A stretch of DNA of 64,000 nucleotides, from the IMG/VR virus record IMGVR_UViG_3300047390_000093, positions 2,566-66,565 of that record; one strand, written 5' to 3'. This DNA is from a virus. Its lineage: Duplodnaviria > Caudoviricetes. The notes under the pieces are model-generated. The model was not told the origin of the DNA. It made no database searches and was given only the letters and a program-made list of their open reading frames with translations. Positions 47,901 to 55,706 of the stretch are shown here, piece by piece; position 1 is the first letter of the stretch; each line of letters begins with the position of its first letter. A program made the position numbers and the translations under genes.

Positions 47901-50900
47901 AACGAGATGTTATTAGTTTGGTCTGTAGTTCCAGTCCCATCTACCATGAACTGACCAGACAGAATTTTAGCGTTAATAGTTTCAATTGCTACATCTGGTA
48001 AGTACGTATCGTACATATAGGACACAGATGCTCGATGCCATTCAGAAGCAGCCTGTGGATTATTCTGAATTAATCGACGTGTTGTTGCTGATGTAACATC
48101 GGATGCCATGTGATACAAGAACTCAAGTCCTAGTGTACGTAAACGTGCATACACGATGTCACGCATTTCGTAACGTTCCGTATCACCATCACGGAAAGTC
48201 TCAGTGCGAGTCTCCTTTAAAAGACCTCTTACATCACGAACAGCTTTGTCAAACTTATCTTTAGACTGCCAGAATTCAGCTGCGCTATCAGGAATAAATC
48301 TGTCAGCTTTAATTTGAGCGACAATATCTGGCATTCCTACTGCAGCAATAGCGCGGCCCAACGTAGCTTGTGATGCATGGCTGGCTGCAGATAACTTATC
48401 CACGTGCCACTTATCCTGTATGTAGTAAAACACGTGAGGTGCAATACCACGCAGTTGCTTAGCTAGATTAATAACCTTGTTTGACTCAACAGTTTTTGGA
48501 TCAAAACCAAGGCTTGTCAACGCCCTCTTAAAAATATCTGCATCCGTACGTTGACCGGCATTAAGCATTAACAAGTTCATTCGACGGGCAATTTGTAATG
48601 CTTCCGTTCGTTTTGCTATTGTTCCGAATTGTGGAAGTCTGTCACCAGCAGCAAACAGCGTACCAAATTTAGGGTCAATAGACTGATGTACACTCATAAT
48701 CCTGTAAAGCAACTCATTGAACGCTTCATCAGAATACACAGCCATCGCCTTGCTAAATGTGGCAATATCAACCTCTTTACCCGGTGCGGAGAGATCTGAA
48801 ATTACTTGAGCGATTGCGTCCTGCACATCCTCAACATTGTTACGCATTGCCCACTCAAGAAGACCACGCTGTATACCAGCCGGAGTTGCTCTTGTATTGA
48901 CAATAGCTTCACGTATATTGGTAAATAAGTCTTCTGGTTTTGAAGATGCAATCTGTGTTCCTACGTCAACGTTAGCTGTATATGCTAAGTACTGTGCGAT
49001 TGCAGCTTCGTCTGCGCTGGTAATAGCAGCTGGTCTGGCAAATTCACCTGTTGTATCCGTTGGTGATTTTGATTGTAGTACATCTTCTGCCTGATAACTT
49101 TCAGATAATGCAAACCTATCAGCAGATAGTGTGTATGCTGGGCCGAGAGGGTCATCCTTAAGTTTTACAGTAGCAACACCATTGTCTGCTTCAACAACTA
49201 CACCTTCAGATACATCACGCAGACCAGCATCCGCAGTGCGGAATACAACTCGGTCACCGGGTTTAAGTGTAACGTCAGCAACAAACTTGTTGTTTTCGGC
49301 ATCATAACGCAATGCCTTATTCCCAGACATCATCTCGCCAGACATGTCAGCGACGACACGTTGTACTAACATCTCAGCCTTTTGACTATCTGGTATCTCC
49401 ATGTCAAGAATGGCTCTGAATACGTCGCCTAAGTCTGGTGTAATCTCTAACTTAGAAGGAACGCCAGTACCATAAATGTCAGCTTCGATATATCCTGCGC
49501 CATTTTCAATAAAGTCATTTGCGCTTTTAATAACAGAACTAGTAAACAGTTCCGGCGTAGACGATGCAGACGATTCGTTTAGTACAGGTAATACCTCTGC
49601 GCCACCTTCTGGCGTTGGGCCAAATACAACAGATCCATCAATTAACTGATAGATACCTATTGGCATGGTTAATCCAGAGGATGCAATCAAACGTCCGTTC
49701 ACTAATTCGCCAGTTGCTATATTGACTTGTGTTGGGAAATTATCACCAGTTTCTGATGTTGGTAACGGTGATGAATTACTTGTAGTTCGACTTAACTTTG
49801 TGCGTGTATACAAGTCGTCAAGGACAGCCAGTAATGCTCTATTCTCTCGGCTAAGTTCCTTTTGCACTTGATCGAACGACATGTATGTATAACCAACATC
49901 AGCGTTACGACCAGCCTTCTTGGTTTTAACAATAATAGTTCCATCTTTGCGGATACCACCAATAGCCTTAATGACGCCATCTCTTGTCCACTGATTTTGC
50001 CGTGAATTAAAATCACGCTTTAAACCAGCAACGCTATTTGCAAGAGTTTCTATACGAGCTTGCGCCTTCTGTTTATTAACATCAACAGAATTAATTATCT
50101 GGACATCTTCCAGCCCATCATCACCACGATGTAACGTAGCGTCACTAAAGTATTTGTTGTAGACGATGTATTCATTAACACCATCAACGTTGCCTCTAAG
50201 CACACCAAAGTATTGCTTGTCTGGTGTTGCAACTTCTGCTGGCTCTACAGACTCAAGTGTCTGGCCAGCATTATACATATCGTATTGCGCTTGAATAACT
50301 GGTCGTAAAGTCTTGCCTAGTTGATTAACTGCTTTTGCTTTGCTAAGTGGGGTAACGGGGAATAAAGCAGGATTAACAGCCAACGTAGATAGTGGACTGT
50401 CAAATGGCAATTTACTGTTGTCGCCACGCACACGCATCTGACGAATCATATTGTCTACGTTGTAACTTGATTCGCTCTTATTATTTATGATGTCAAAGAA
50501 GATTGCATCCAGCGACTTGAATGTTGGCGAGTTGCGATCTTGATTAACAAACTCTTGTGCTGCTGTTTCATACACATAACTTGTAATACGTTGTAAGTCT
50601 TGACTGTTTGCTTCTTGCCCACCAGTAAGTACGCCAAATCTAGCATTGACACCAGTTGCGTGATACCCACCACGTTCAACCATATCCTGTGCATAGAACT
50701 TAGTCTGTGCTGCTATGTCTACGCCTCGCCCTAATTTATTCCCAATAAATCCTTGTAATCCCTTAGCTGGCCTAACAGCAACAGCCGCCATGGTTAAGTT
50801 GGTTAACCAGTCAGTAACAGTTGGTGCTTGAACTTCGGGGTTAAAATTTGAACCAAATTGTCTTGCAACAGGATCAAACACGTTTGATAAACCAAATGCA

Positions 50901-52522
50901 GCATCACCAGCAACACCAGCTTGAAGTGAATAGTAATCCATCAACATCTTCTGTCCCTCGACAGACGCAGGATTTACTTTAGCCACACGGCCAAACACTC
51001 CAAGTTTTCCAAGGTCCCTACTTAATGAGAATAACTTAGTTGCATCTTTATAAAACTGATTTGCACCACCACCAAACATACCTAACGTCATGGCTAATTT
51101 CTGTGCGCCAAAACCTTCACTCTGTTCGGTCTGCTGTTTTAAGTCGTACTCACCTTCTGGTAAACCAATCTTTCGTGTGTACTCAATAGGGTTCCCAAAG
51201 TTGCTAATTATCTCACCTTTAGAACCACGCTTCTGGTCACCAAATCCAGCACCGACAGCTTGGACTGCACCGGGAAGCATCATGCCTCCCATCCTAGCTG
51301 CGTTAAGTGCAGTACTTGTTTTAATAGCTGGCAACAATGCGCGAGTAACAGCGTTACCAACGATCTGCATGCCAACAAGGTTGCTGCCAGCCAAAGGAAC
51401 TTGCTCAATAATATTCATTGCTGAGATACGAGCAACTTGCCTGTCTAGGTTTGTAGGATCACCAGTTAAATCTGTGTACCATTGATTAATACCAAGGTTG
51501 TCATAAACTCGTTGAGCTTCATCAGTAGATTGCCCGTATAGACCAGCAGTAGCCTTCGCACCAATATTTCCACCAATAATTGCTGGATTAACAACACCCT
51601 GCAATGCTCCTGCACCACCACCAAAATATGCTTCCTCAAGAATTCCAGTGTCTTCACCAGTCTTCTCTAAACGAGCACGATAATCTTTTTCAAGTTGATC
51701 CATGGACTTCTCTGTACCCATGGCTTGAGCAGCCCAACTAAACGGATTGTATGTTTGATTTAATCTCTGAGCACCGCCAGCAAGCATCCCTCCAACTGCA
51801 GTAGCTCCTGCTAAGTTTTCCTTAACGCCCTGTGGTACTCGTGTCTGTGTTATTTTCTCATCAGCTAACTGACGGCCTAAACTTAATTTGCGTAATGCCC
51901 GATCGTTTTGTGCATCTCCCGGTTCACTCCTATAGTTCCTGCCAGATCTTAAAGCTGGGGCTGGAACCACTGCTCCGGATGGTGTTTGTACTTTAAGTCT
52001 CTGTGCTTCAACGTGTCGTTTACTAAACTGGTTAATAATATTGTCTCGTGTCTGTTTATCGATTAAACCTCCACGGAAACCATCCTCAATTAACTTTTCA
52101 TTCTCATCATTTAGTACACGAATATAATCAGGACTCTGAAGTGATTTGACCAGTGGGTCTAATACAGATGTTCTATACGTTGCACTTTCTTGCTTAATAC
52201 GTTTAAGCATTTTTTCATTTTGAGATATGTCATATGCGGGACCAAACTTAAACGCTCTACCGCGAACGTTGCCACGAACATCATCTTCAGCAGCCACTCT
52301 AGCTGCCAATAATGCACGTGTTGGAGAATCAGGATGCCATTTTCCTAACTGCTCAGCTCTTTTTCGTGCATCCTTATAATCAGGAATGCCAAAGTCATCA
52401 AACCAAAAACGAGAGGTCGGATTTTGACCGCCTCCCATTAATGGATATTTTTGTCTAGCTTCTGTTTCGCTTAAAGCGTTACTACGTAAACCAAGATTAT
52501 AAAGAGAAGATCGATCTGGCAT
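38918..52522 (-). CDS. giant 4534-aa putative internal virion/ejection (polyvalent) protein
   Basis: 13.6-kb uninterrupted ORF at the ejection-protein position. G/A-rich hydrophobic N-region, SH3-like segment, HEMFH zincin motif. Confidence 0.7.
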   Translation of the reverse strand: MPDRSSLYNLGLRSNALSETEARQKYPLMGGGQNPTSRFWFDDFGIPDYKDARKRAEQLGKWHPDSPTRALLAARVAAEDDVRGNVRGRAFKFGPAYDISQNEKMLKRIKQESATYRTSVLDPLVKSLQSPDYIRVLNDENEKLIEDGFRGGLIDKQTRDNIINQFSKRHVEAQRLKVQTPSGAVVPAPALRSGRNYRSEPGDAQNDRALRKLSLGRQLADEKITQTRVPQGVKENLAGATAVGGMLAGGAQRLNQTYNPFSWAAQAMGTEKSMDQLEKDYRARLEKTGEDTGILEEAYFGGGAGALQGVVNPAIIGGNIGAKATAGLYGQSTDEAQRVYDNLGINQWYTDLTGDPTNLDRQVARISAMNIIEQVPLAGSNLVGMQIVGNAVTRALLPAIKTSTALNAARMGGMMLPGAVQAVGAGFGDQKRGSKGEIISNFGNPIEYTRKIGLPEGEYDLKQQTEQSEGFGAQKLAMTLGMFGGGANQFYKDATKLFSLSRDLGKLGVFGRVAKVNPASVEGQKMLMDYYSLQAGVAGDAAFGLSNVFDPVARQFGSNFNPEVQAPTVTDWLTNLTMAAVAVRPAKGLQGFIGNKLGRGVDIAAQTKFYAQDMVERGGYHATGVNARFGVLTGGQEANSQDLQRITSYVYETAAQEFVNQDRNSPTFKSLDAIFFDIINNKSESSYNVDNMIRQMRVRGDNSKLPFDSPLSTLAVNPALFPVTPLSKAKAVNQLGKTLRPVIQAQYDMYNAGQTLESVEPAEVATPDKQYFGVLRGNVDGVNEYIVYNKYFSDATLHRGDDGLEDVQIINSVDVNKQKAQARIETLANSVAGLKRDFNSRQNQWTRDGVIKAIGGIRKDGTIIVKTKKAGRNADVGYTYMSFDQVQKELSRENRALLAVLDDLYTRTKLSRTTSNSSPLPTSETGDNFPTQVNIATGELVNGRLIASSGLTMPIGIYQLIDGSVVFGPTPEGGAEVLPVLNESSASSTPELFTSSVIKSANDFIENGAGYIEADIYGTGVPSKLEITPDLGDVFRAILDMEIPDSQKAEMLVQRVVADMSGEMMSGNKALRYDAENNKFVADVTLKPGDRVVFRTADAGLRDVSEGVVVEADNGVATVKLKDDPLGPAYTLSADRFALSESYQAEDVLQSKSPTDTTGEFARPAAITSADEAAIAQYLAYTANVDVGTQIASSKPEDLFTNIREAIVNTRATPAGIQRGLLEWAMRNNVEDVQDAIAQVISDLSAPGKEVDIATFSKAMAVYSDEAFNELLYRIMSVHQSIDPKFGTLFAAGDRLPQFGTIAKRTEALQIARRMNLLMLNAGQRTDADIFKRALTSLGFDPKTVESNKVINLAKQLRGIAPHVFYYIQDKWHVDKLSAASHASQATLGRAIAAVGMPDIVAQIKADRFIPDSAAEFWQSKDKFDKAVRDVRGLLKETRTETFRDGDTERYEMRDIVYARLRTLGLEFLYHMASDVTSATTRRLIQNNPQAASEWHRASVSYMYDTYLPDVAIETINAKILSGQFMVDGTGTTDQTNNISFAPEIRGMYQQIVDGIAGDIRIPETQRQAAIDKVNRINELLDSLSDQEIELLRAYDKDGKRQLRLFSDVEVNGEIKKDQPANLRVASADQAYRESTARAARESGMSMSEAQIRAHEVYVQVFKNNARKIFTTNTDLRSIVSFIESDPRFTSIRERIDDLKKDRKLNADKITALYDELDTFVIDTFNSRIASVRDTLGIIKEVQPPVKRPADADETEQISAAFMTGNESDTSFRYEVEDDGSYSVYDNSDLNVAVTSVFDVLNDLQSAISRRDQVSTTTSFDAMSADTEPVMTSVTDVTGTDIRLIEERIKSLTSKIASATPEEATSLQIQLNAEQARLAQERKTLKNTGTTNDRRFMYENYDYAINRVIKLLGDVSSDQIGMDVMLSVYGKFTSLLPSDSEISNSIKNDLTVTYAAQNIMLEDSVRRLRVSGTTSDVIARASLSDVIRLQAGDLRPEVFANQYGISQNVAELIARVDAYNKVEDTEPTIVNDGDMTFGNIDQVPDDMRAFVSTSPDIVQELVKSQGPNAFDGMIESPDDQIVAYSAQNFEGMRILMRSMLAKAFSDADAQHATEVLSRSGDTVTKLVNDTYVSPMYIADKLEAVGGKFLDLPIDDDVAGLIDGIIKSTVTRYTATSKNNPAYEALRVAADLLKNMPDIRGYPGSKVSEYYDVWANRAVERLNLLNGESPDDAMKIVQGILKDINPDTNARVRNSTTRLADIGARPVISTSADPAFTARRILASLKQAGIPLRLSSESSFASVDYSSLNEAHSKINLGYVPHVITQVSPEMAGRLSTLYSGVIDGIPATPDNASTIETLTSIKDAYTKHAETGGDVIAVRQKVSKANEAAAMEEYADNLAAMYDINALSYAREQLAIKLSANHSREFKDEVAEALRITGVSNSALNDFLQPQVNVNLFLTGTSVTPEQKNYALTYLTAKYKKDYYTKHNKVLITNQDLLDEVGATARRVTADKRDVFGFTQSLAHNQGRAIKSLIYIGSKKNSPYRTALTLTHEMFHPLFTGMADSTQVEFLDSLVSGSSLMDQTMTDELGRLARTISSTDRVSVAERVEAGKPAVQKQIDRFNNPEMALALQIKVAREALMSGKAKTLEDALKPLSGITYRGEDLANGWISHGHEKFVTGMLNFITDYTVVQSRNAAASIDSATLSVFQQMRSTLRYVMRQIHNQHPLDVIYDEKGSPHAAWYMPVPMQKYTLPQTHLNQDYIFGRVDTPRGPFYRELNFAQMQKGNFLRVSVPTRDTMQSEVVSPVQMMRSIKSVQANDIEFGGSPYMFGFQHTVGDQSIHLPFSDPTLRRYLLENPGLIQTVQVNPFKNRYNTRIISPQSMPTKEYTGRVVDMIAKTTTQSPSQARLTGYEPAYYDGVNTWVRGETDNDGWFVPRLRANTEDPKAYRYAIAGQHEYAYVVEAPAVITVGDREFRSQVRFLVGEKAFAEQNRSTYDPILVGYTQEFDPKFSALIYDTHRKINTVLYDAVGNVRWKKQLDLEKRLLSNNASSFTMRTSVPLGESLDRYFASPEYKAVSATRMSMQPQIIDGANQFDALLDQIVSNRYSVKLDDGTVVPTEAGEAFVSRLDNAISTVLSPYIADNGLFRHDRNQAVQTNSWIIQQGSPEQEAMFSVFQAMLGGSEDLNVLRTKLINAYSEVNTRGSIRADRRERLDSIMSKYDIPTTVTLQDGREFQTTDLVHNLLRNEKLAINNVDAMDIATRATNFYDNVIGPILETGELKSDLDLQQSKPMTSAYVLDTLMNVVYGNSVAGKANFLDRLSSSTNPDDYGDVDNDPEAATNYQNAMHARNSAYAEFMSVSHALDAQSREIGRALYAWKDWSLVGEKSFPTNDAVIIRDKEGALYRVNLNNPENFVESAAFDFGRDQILDHSPFSRTMALYNPEHTPVRMRADDMKKNAFNREIGDVFLTSREYNDLISSSTDSIDIIRPFGIDNNQTQPGLNFFRVSRKPIAEGGRRSYAYDPSEEVTLVPLKHGYKSQYTKDDGEIVNNQRLQTQAINHLMRLAFANNPDADPNAIRNATNTAIIPREVMIAKLLVARALINGDTSIPSTWKKSNAQKSASYMRLSGPQNEAYVDSALSSTDVYHNRKRTWLSDGADHEPDLEAMSETERAYFDLPLTLSPEDMKNPDLVRQYKETQFNWALQRAYAVPPPKSVVVKREANPNMQHVAMAVKNDSIYITIPDSDYDYTVRTMFSADGPTGPSTPVDALKNLPAGAAHTLMNGPVNFTKRGGGFILGGYHELTSLMKAAVLSVDFARPMLQNFRLTALNPKNFAAQFWGLSALLPNLWWFSGGRARPMSKAGQLAAMSFAHRPDLAFGDKQYHAKMYNYLTKYGTAGNRLNYGIIPGTASREVRQDYDFNDLAQYGLKTTYGDWFDSYNQRKLLDPSLLPEDVSIQPTQAENLGDGLLARRILPFVNQFERGGALSTDILRVKSFLEFATYIDNNTIMKPFQKAQAKRDYATFINVVTGNPSGTNWLMSDAQRSFNSHARTLYTSPNWFDSQMMQWYAPAAVKKLMADGINVVSRTATRGLDPFHVGWDIADASAEEKWFSSLRTKEVLQQHILTGASALGATAMLGTAFQALGMYMDKRRLHEYMEHDPIDFMDWRRVMSPVYNSQGKRVDDILSFDNKQWWNPIDSKNNYGVVRAGNTLEFALPQTATVIKRTFVSPLIAAANEPSLSAPDKAAKFAREMWQANFANRLGPQIQLMKQMAYGRTFTDLPAYQKDVGLRQFRTLVQRRDALYDEKRIAENENNGKELRRINAELKNIDVVFKKVGLFDSQPTAWAMHLLNRAPNGLSRSFISLTQNLQVQNALRDLEAMAWAEYTLRNTGKSASGDYSAYAIPAFIRPFGQDIKFNDYYLMDELQKGKMGTMSGKAYNYIARTKKYTYPNASNMIANHGWMSLIEGVPESGGYSDTIPAFNKSEPMMGFPDRAVMKESGVNKGVMTDEVKKRMPPAKINLPGDLTTGKMLGR

Positions 52523-52561
52523 AATGCATTATCCTATACGAGCACACCAAATACAACAGGC

Positions 52562-54484
52562 TTACTTTTTCTTCAATGGTTTGCCATTCTCGTCAAGGCC
52601 ATATGATTTAAGTTCTTCTACAACTTGATCTTTCATAGTCATATAGAAATTAGTGGCTGGAGCATCAGCATCTGCAAGATCCTCTCCAGCAGCAACTTCT
52701 GCAGTTCGCGATTGTTCAACACCATATCTAAATCCAGCTAATTTAGCTAGAAGAGTTTTTACTCTAAACTGCCTCACAACAGCTTGTGGATTCTTAACTG
52801 CTAGTGTTGGACTGTACTCCATTGATAGCGCGGCAGCCAATTTATTAGCAATAATTCCTGCAACTGTTGTGCCAATACTTGCTGGAAATCCTTGTTTTGT
52901 TGTCTGTGGATAGATTCCAAGTTGCGTAAACTGATTGGGGTCATTAAGTCTTGAGGCAGCCATAATTTCATCGTACTGTAGTTTAATACCAGTAACCGCA
53001 GTCTGTACCTGTTCCTGTGCAGCAGCAATTTCGCCCCCTCGAATTTGTTTGGTAGCTGCATCAACCGCTCCTCGTGCACCAATTTCAGCAACTCTAATTC
53101 TAGTTGCTCTTTCCATCGCATCGGAAAAGATCCTTTCGCCTCTTTCAATTTCTTTATCTATTCTTGTTAAACGTCCTTCATTAGCAGTTATTTGCTGACT
53201 ATTAATGGCTAGAATATCTTTTGGGTCAGCAGCAACATACTGAGACATGGCAGATATGACTGGTTCCATATTAGCTGGCTTCTGATCTTTACCCTCACTG
53301 TCAATAATCCAGTTAGCTTGATCTTCGCCAAATAACTCTTTTTGTATTACGTCAAGAGATATGTCTTCACGAGACGCCATAGAGCGCAATGTCCGCCTGA
53401 TGTCAGGCATAATACGAGGAATCATTTTTCCATACGCAACCTGAGTAGGTAATGTCTCAGGTTTAATGTTTCCTTTTTCGTCTCGTTCAATATCAGGTAT
53501 ATCACCGGGCGTAATACTCTTACTGTAATTACGATCTTGTAGAGTTTTTACTAATGTTGCGTAATCAGCAGGTGTCATCTTACTCGCAGTTGCAACAGGA
53601 TTAGGGACACCCATTTCAGCAAGGAATGAAACAATATCCTGCGGTAATCCAGTTTGTGGTGGAGATGCCATTGGACCAGCTTGAGCATTATTTGGAAATA
53701 ATGCACCAGTCGTTAGAGGCCCACCAGTAGGAGACCCTTGCGTAGGCAATTCAGTTGGCGGTAATTGCTCTGCTGACTGATTAGGGATTGTTACCCCGCC
53801 AGCGTTAAGCATTGCCATTAACTCTGGAGGCAAACCACTACCTTCTGATGGCTGTTGAGGCAACGGTTGAGTACCAGATGGTAAACCCTGACCAATACCA
53901 GCAGGTTGTTGTTGTTGACCAAATGTAGTTGGTCCACCTACTTCACCAATTAAACTTGAGTATGGCGATCCAGCCGGTGAAGCATTGTCGTCAAAGTTAA
54001 TTAAACGTGTTCGCTCTTCAGGTGACAGGGTTAATCCATCTAAGCCAAGTTCAAATTCACGTCGTCTTTTAGTTCTGTTTGACTGTATTGCTGCAATTTG
54101 TGCTTGAAAACTTGCTTTATCGGCTGGTGTTTTAGCTAATGCAAAACCGCGAGTTAACTCAGGTAGCTTGGCTTTGTCTGCGAGTTCAGCATTTATAACA
54201 CTCTGACGCATTTGAAATGCATTTCCGTAGTCACCCTTTTTAGTTTTCTCTAAACCTAAACGGGCTGTTTCTTCATTAATGCCACTCAATCGCTGTTGTG
54301 CATCAAAGGCATCTTTATTTCTTTGATCGAGTTTATTCTGCCGTTCAAGCTCGCGGTTTTCTTTGGCAAAGCCAAGGCTCATATCTAATGTTTTGCTGCG
54401 CCTAGCCTGTGATTCCTGTTGGCCTTTACTAAGAGTATCTAGGAAACCCAGTATTCCACTAACACCTGATTGTCCGAATTTCAT
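52562..54484 (-). CDS. putative ejection (internal core) protein
   Basis: Coiled-coil N-terminus, P/Q/G-rich linker, position between pilot-like and giant genes. Confidence 0.55.
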   Translation of the reverse strand: MKFGQSGVSGILGFLDTLSKGQQESQARRSKTLDMSLGFAKENRELERQNKLDQRNKDAFDAQQRLSGINEETARLGLEKTKKGDYGNAFQMRQSVINAELADKAKLPELTRGFALAKTPADKASFQAQIAAIQSNRTKRRREFELGLDGLTLSPEERTRLINFDDNASPAGSPYSSLIGEVGGPTTFGQQQQPAGIGQGLPSGTQPLPQQPSEGSGLPPELMAMLNAGGVTIPNQSAEQLPPTELPTQGSPTGGPLTTGALFPNNAQAGPMASPPQTGLPQDIVSFLAEMGVPNPVATASKMTPADYATLVKTLQDRNYSKSITPGDIPDIERDEKGNIKPETLPTQVAYGKMIPRIMPDIRRTLRSMASREDISLDVIQKELFGEDQANWIIDSEGKDQKPANMEPVISAMSQYVAADPKDILAINSQQITANEGRLTRIDKEIERGERIFSDAMERATRIRVAEIGARGAVDAATKQIRGGEIAAAQEQVQTAVTGIKLQYDEIMAASRLNDPNQFTQLGIYPQTTKQGFPASIGTTVAGIIANKLAAALSMEYSPTLAVKNPQAVVRQFRVKTLLAKLAGFRYGVEQSRTAEVAAGEDLADADAPATNFYMTMKDQVVEELKSYGLDENGKPLKKK

Positions 54485-54493
54485 TGGTTACTC

Positions 54494-55252
54494 CTAAGCC
54501 GGGCTATTTTTCTTGTAATAGTCTGTTTGAGCTTTATACAAATCACGCTGCATTCCAAAATCACGGTCAGCATTTATTTGGTTAAGGTACTGACCACCAA
54601 GTTGACCAAACATTCCAGAAATCTGATCACGTTTATTCTGTAATGCAGCATCTCGTTCCATCTCTTGTTGTGCTTCACCCATGTATTGACCATACATGTT
54701 GTTAGCCATTCCAGATGCTGTATTGAAACCTTGGTTAGCCTGTCCTTGGTATTGGTTATATGCTTGTCCTGCCATACCCAATGCTCTATTACGACGTTCA
54801 TCAGCACCTAATGTGTACTGCATTGCGCCTTGCGCTACTGCTTGGGATATTGGACTATTAAAGAAATTATCCTGCATCATATTCCCAGTCATACCAGCAC
54901 CCATATTTAACTGGTTACCCATCTGGTTGTATCTAGCTTGAGCTTGTGCTGCATTGCCAGTAATAGCACCCATCTGAGAACCAGCTTGGCGTAACATAGC
55001 ATTAGTCGCATCTGGGTTATTGAGACGTTCCATCTCATTTTGAATGCCGCGACTATACATGCCTGAAAAATTATTGGCTGTTGATTGATTTTGTTGCGCT
55101 AATCCATACTGTTGATTCTGGATATTTTGATTAAACATTCTCTGTTGAGATAGTTGCGACTGGTATGGATTATTTTGTTTTTTAAATAATCCGCCCGCCA
55201 TATTCCCAAGAAATTGTGCACCTAAACCTACTGCATATGCTGGAAGTGGCAT
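54494..55252 (-). CDS. putative DNA pilot/ejection protein (P22 gp7-like composition)
   Basis: N-terminal hydrophobic GLGAQFLG..AGGL, Q/N/M/G/A-rich helices. Confidence 0.6.
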   Translation of the reverse strand: MPLPAYAVGLGAQFLGNMAGGLFKKQNNPYQSQLSQQRMFNQNIQNQQYGLAQQNQSTANNFSGMYSRGIQNEMERLNNPDATNAMLRQAGSQMGAITGNAAQAQARYNQMGNQLNMGAGMTGNMMQDNFFNSPISQAVAQGAMQYTLGADERRNRALGMAGQAYNQYQGQANQGFNTASGMANNMYGQYMGEAQQEMERDAALQNKRDQISGMFGQLGGQYLNQINADRDFGMQRDLYKAQTDYYKKNSPA

Positions 55253-55262
55253 ATCTTTTCTC

Positions 55263-55706
55263 CTATTGCAATACGTACCATACGCCTAGACCGGATGAAT
55301 CTACTTGTGCGACTAATGTAACTGTTTCATATTGCGCTATTGGCCAAGCTTTTGCAGTAGCTTTGCCTAACGTATCGCCAGTTTGGGCAATAGCACTAAC
55401 TTGATTTGCCGTAGCATCTGTTTTGATTATATGTATAAATTGACCATTCGCATAGTACGCACGTGGCAAAGTCAATACTACCGCAGCTGAAGTAGCATTA
55501 ACCTGCAATATTAACTGCCCACTATCTAAAGTTGTGCTACTAGTAACACGTTGTGCAACAAAATTAAATGGTGCATTGACAGGGCTAAATGCACCCCTTT
55601 GTTGCACATTAGGGTTTATTATTGCTTTACTTTTACCGGGTCCAGACACACCACTAAGTGATGCAGCTGCTGAATCTGGTGTTGTTAATCCACCGGGTAA
55701 CGCCAT
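55263..55706 (-). CDS. small beta-rich tail-associated protein
   Basis: VVLTLP...G....IIKTD..AN.V...GDT...QYETVTLV...W pattern typical of tail/fibre modules. Confidence 0.5.
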   Translation of the reverse strand: MALPGGLTTPDSAAASLSGVSGPGKSKAIINPNVQQRGAFSPVNAPFNFVAQRVTSSTTLDSGQLILQVNATSAAVVLTLPRAYYANGQFIHIIKTDATANQVSAIAQTGDTLGKATAKAWPIAQYETVTLVAQVDSSGLGVWYVLQ

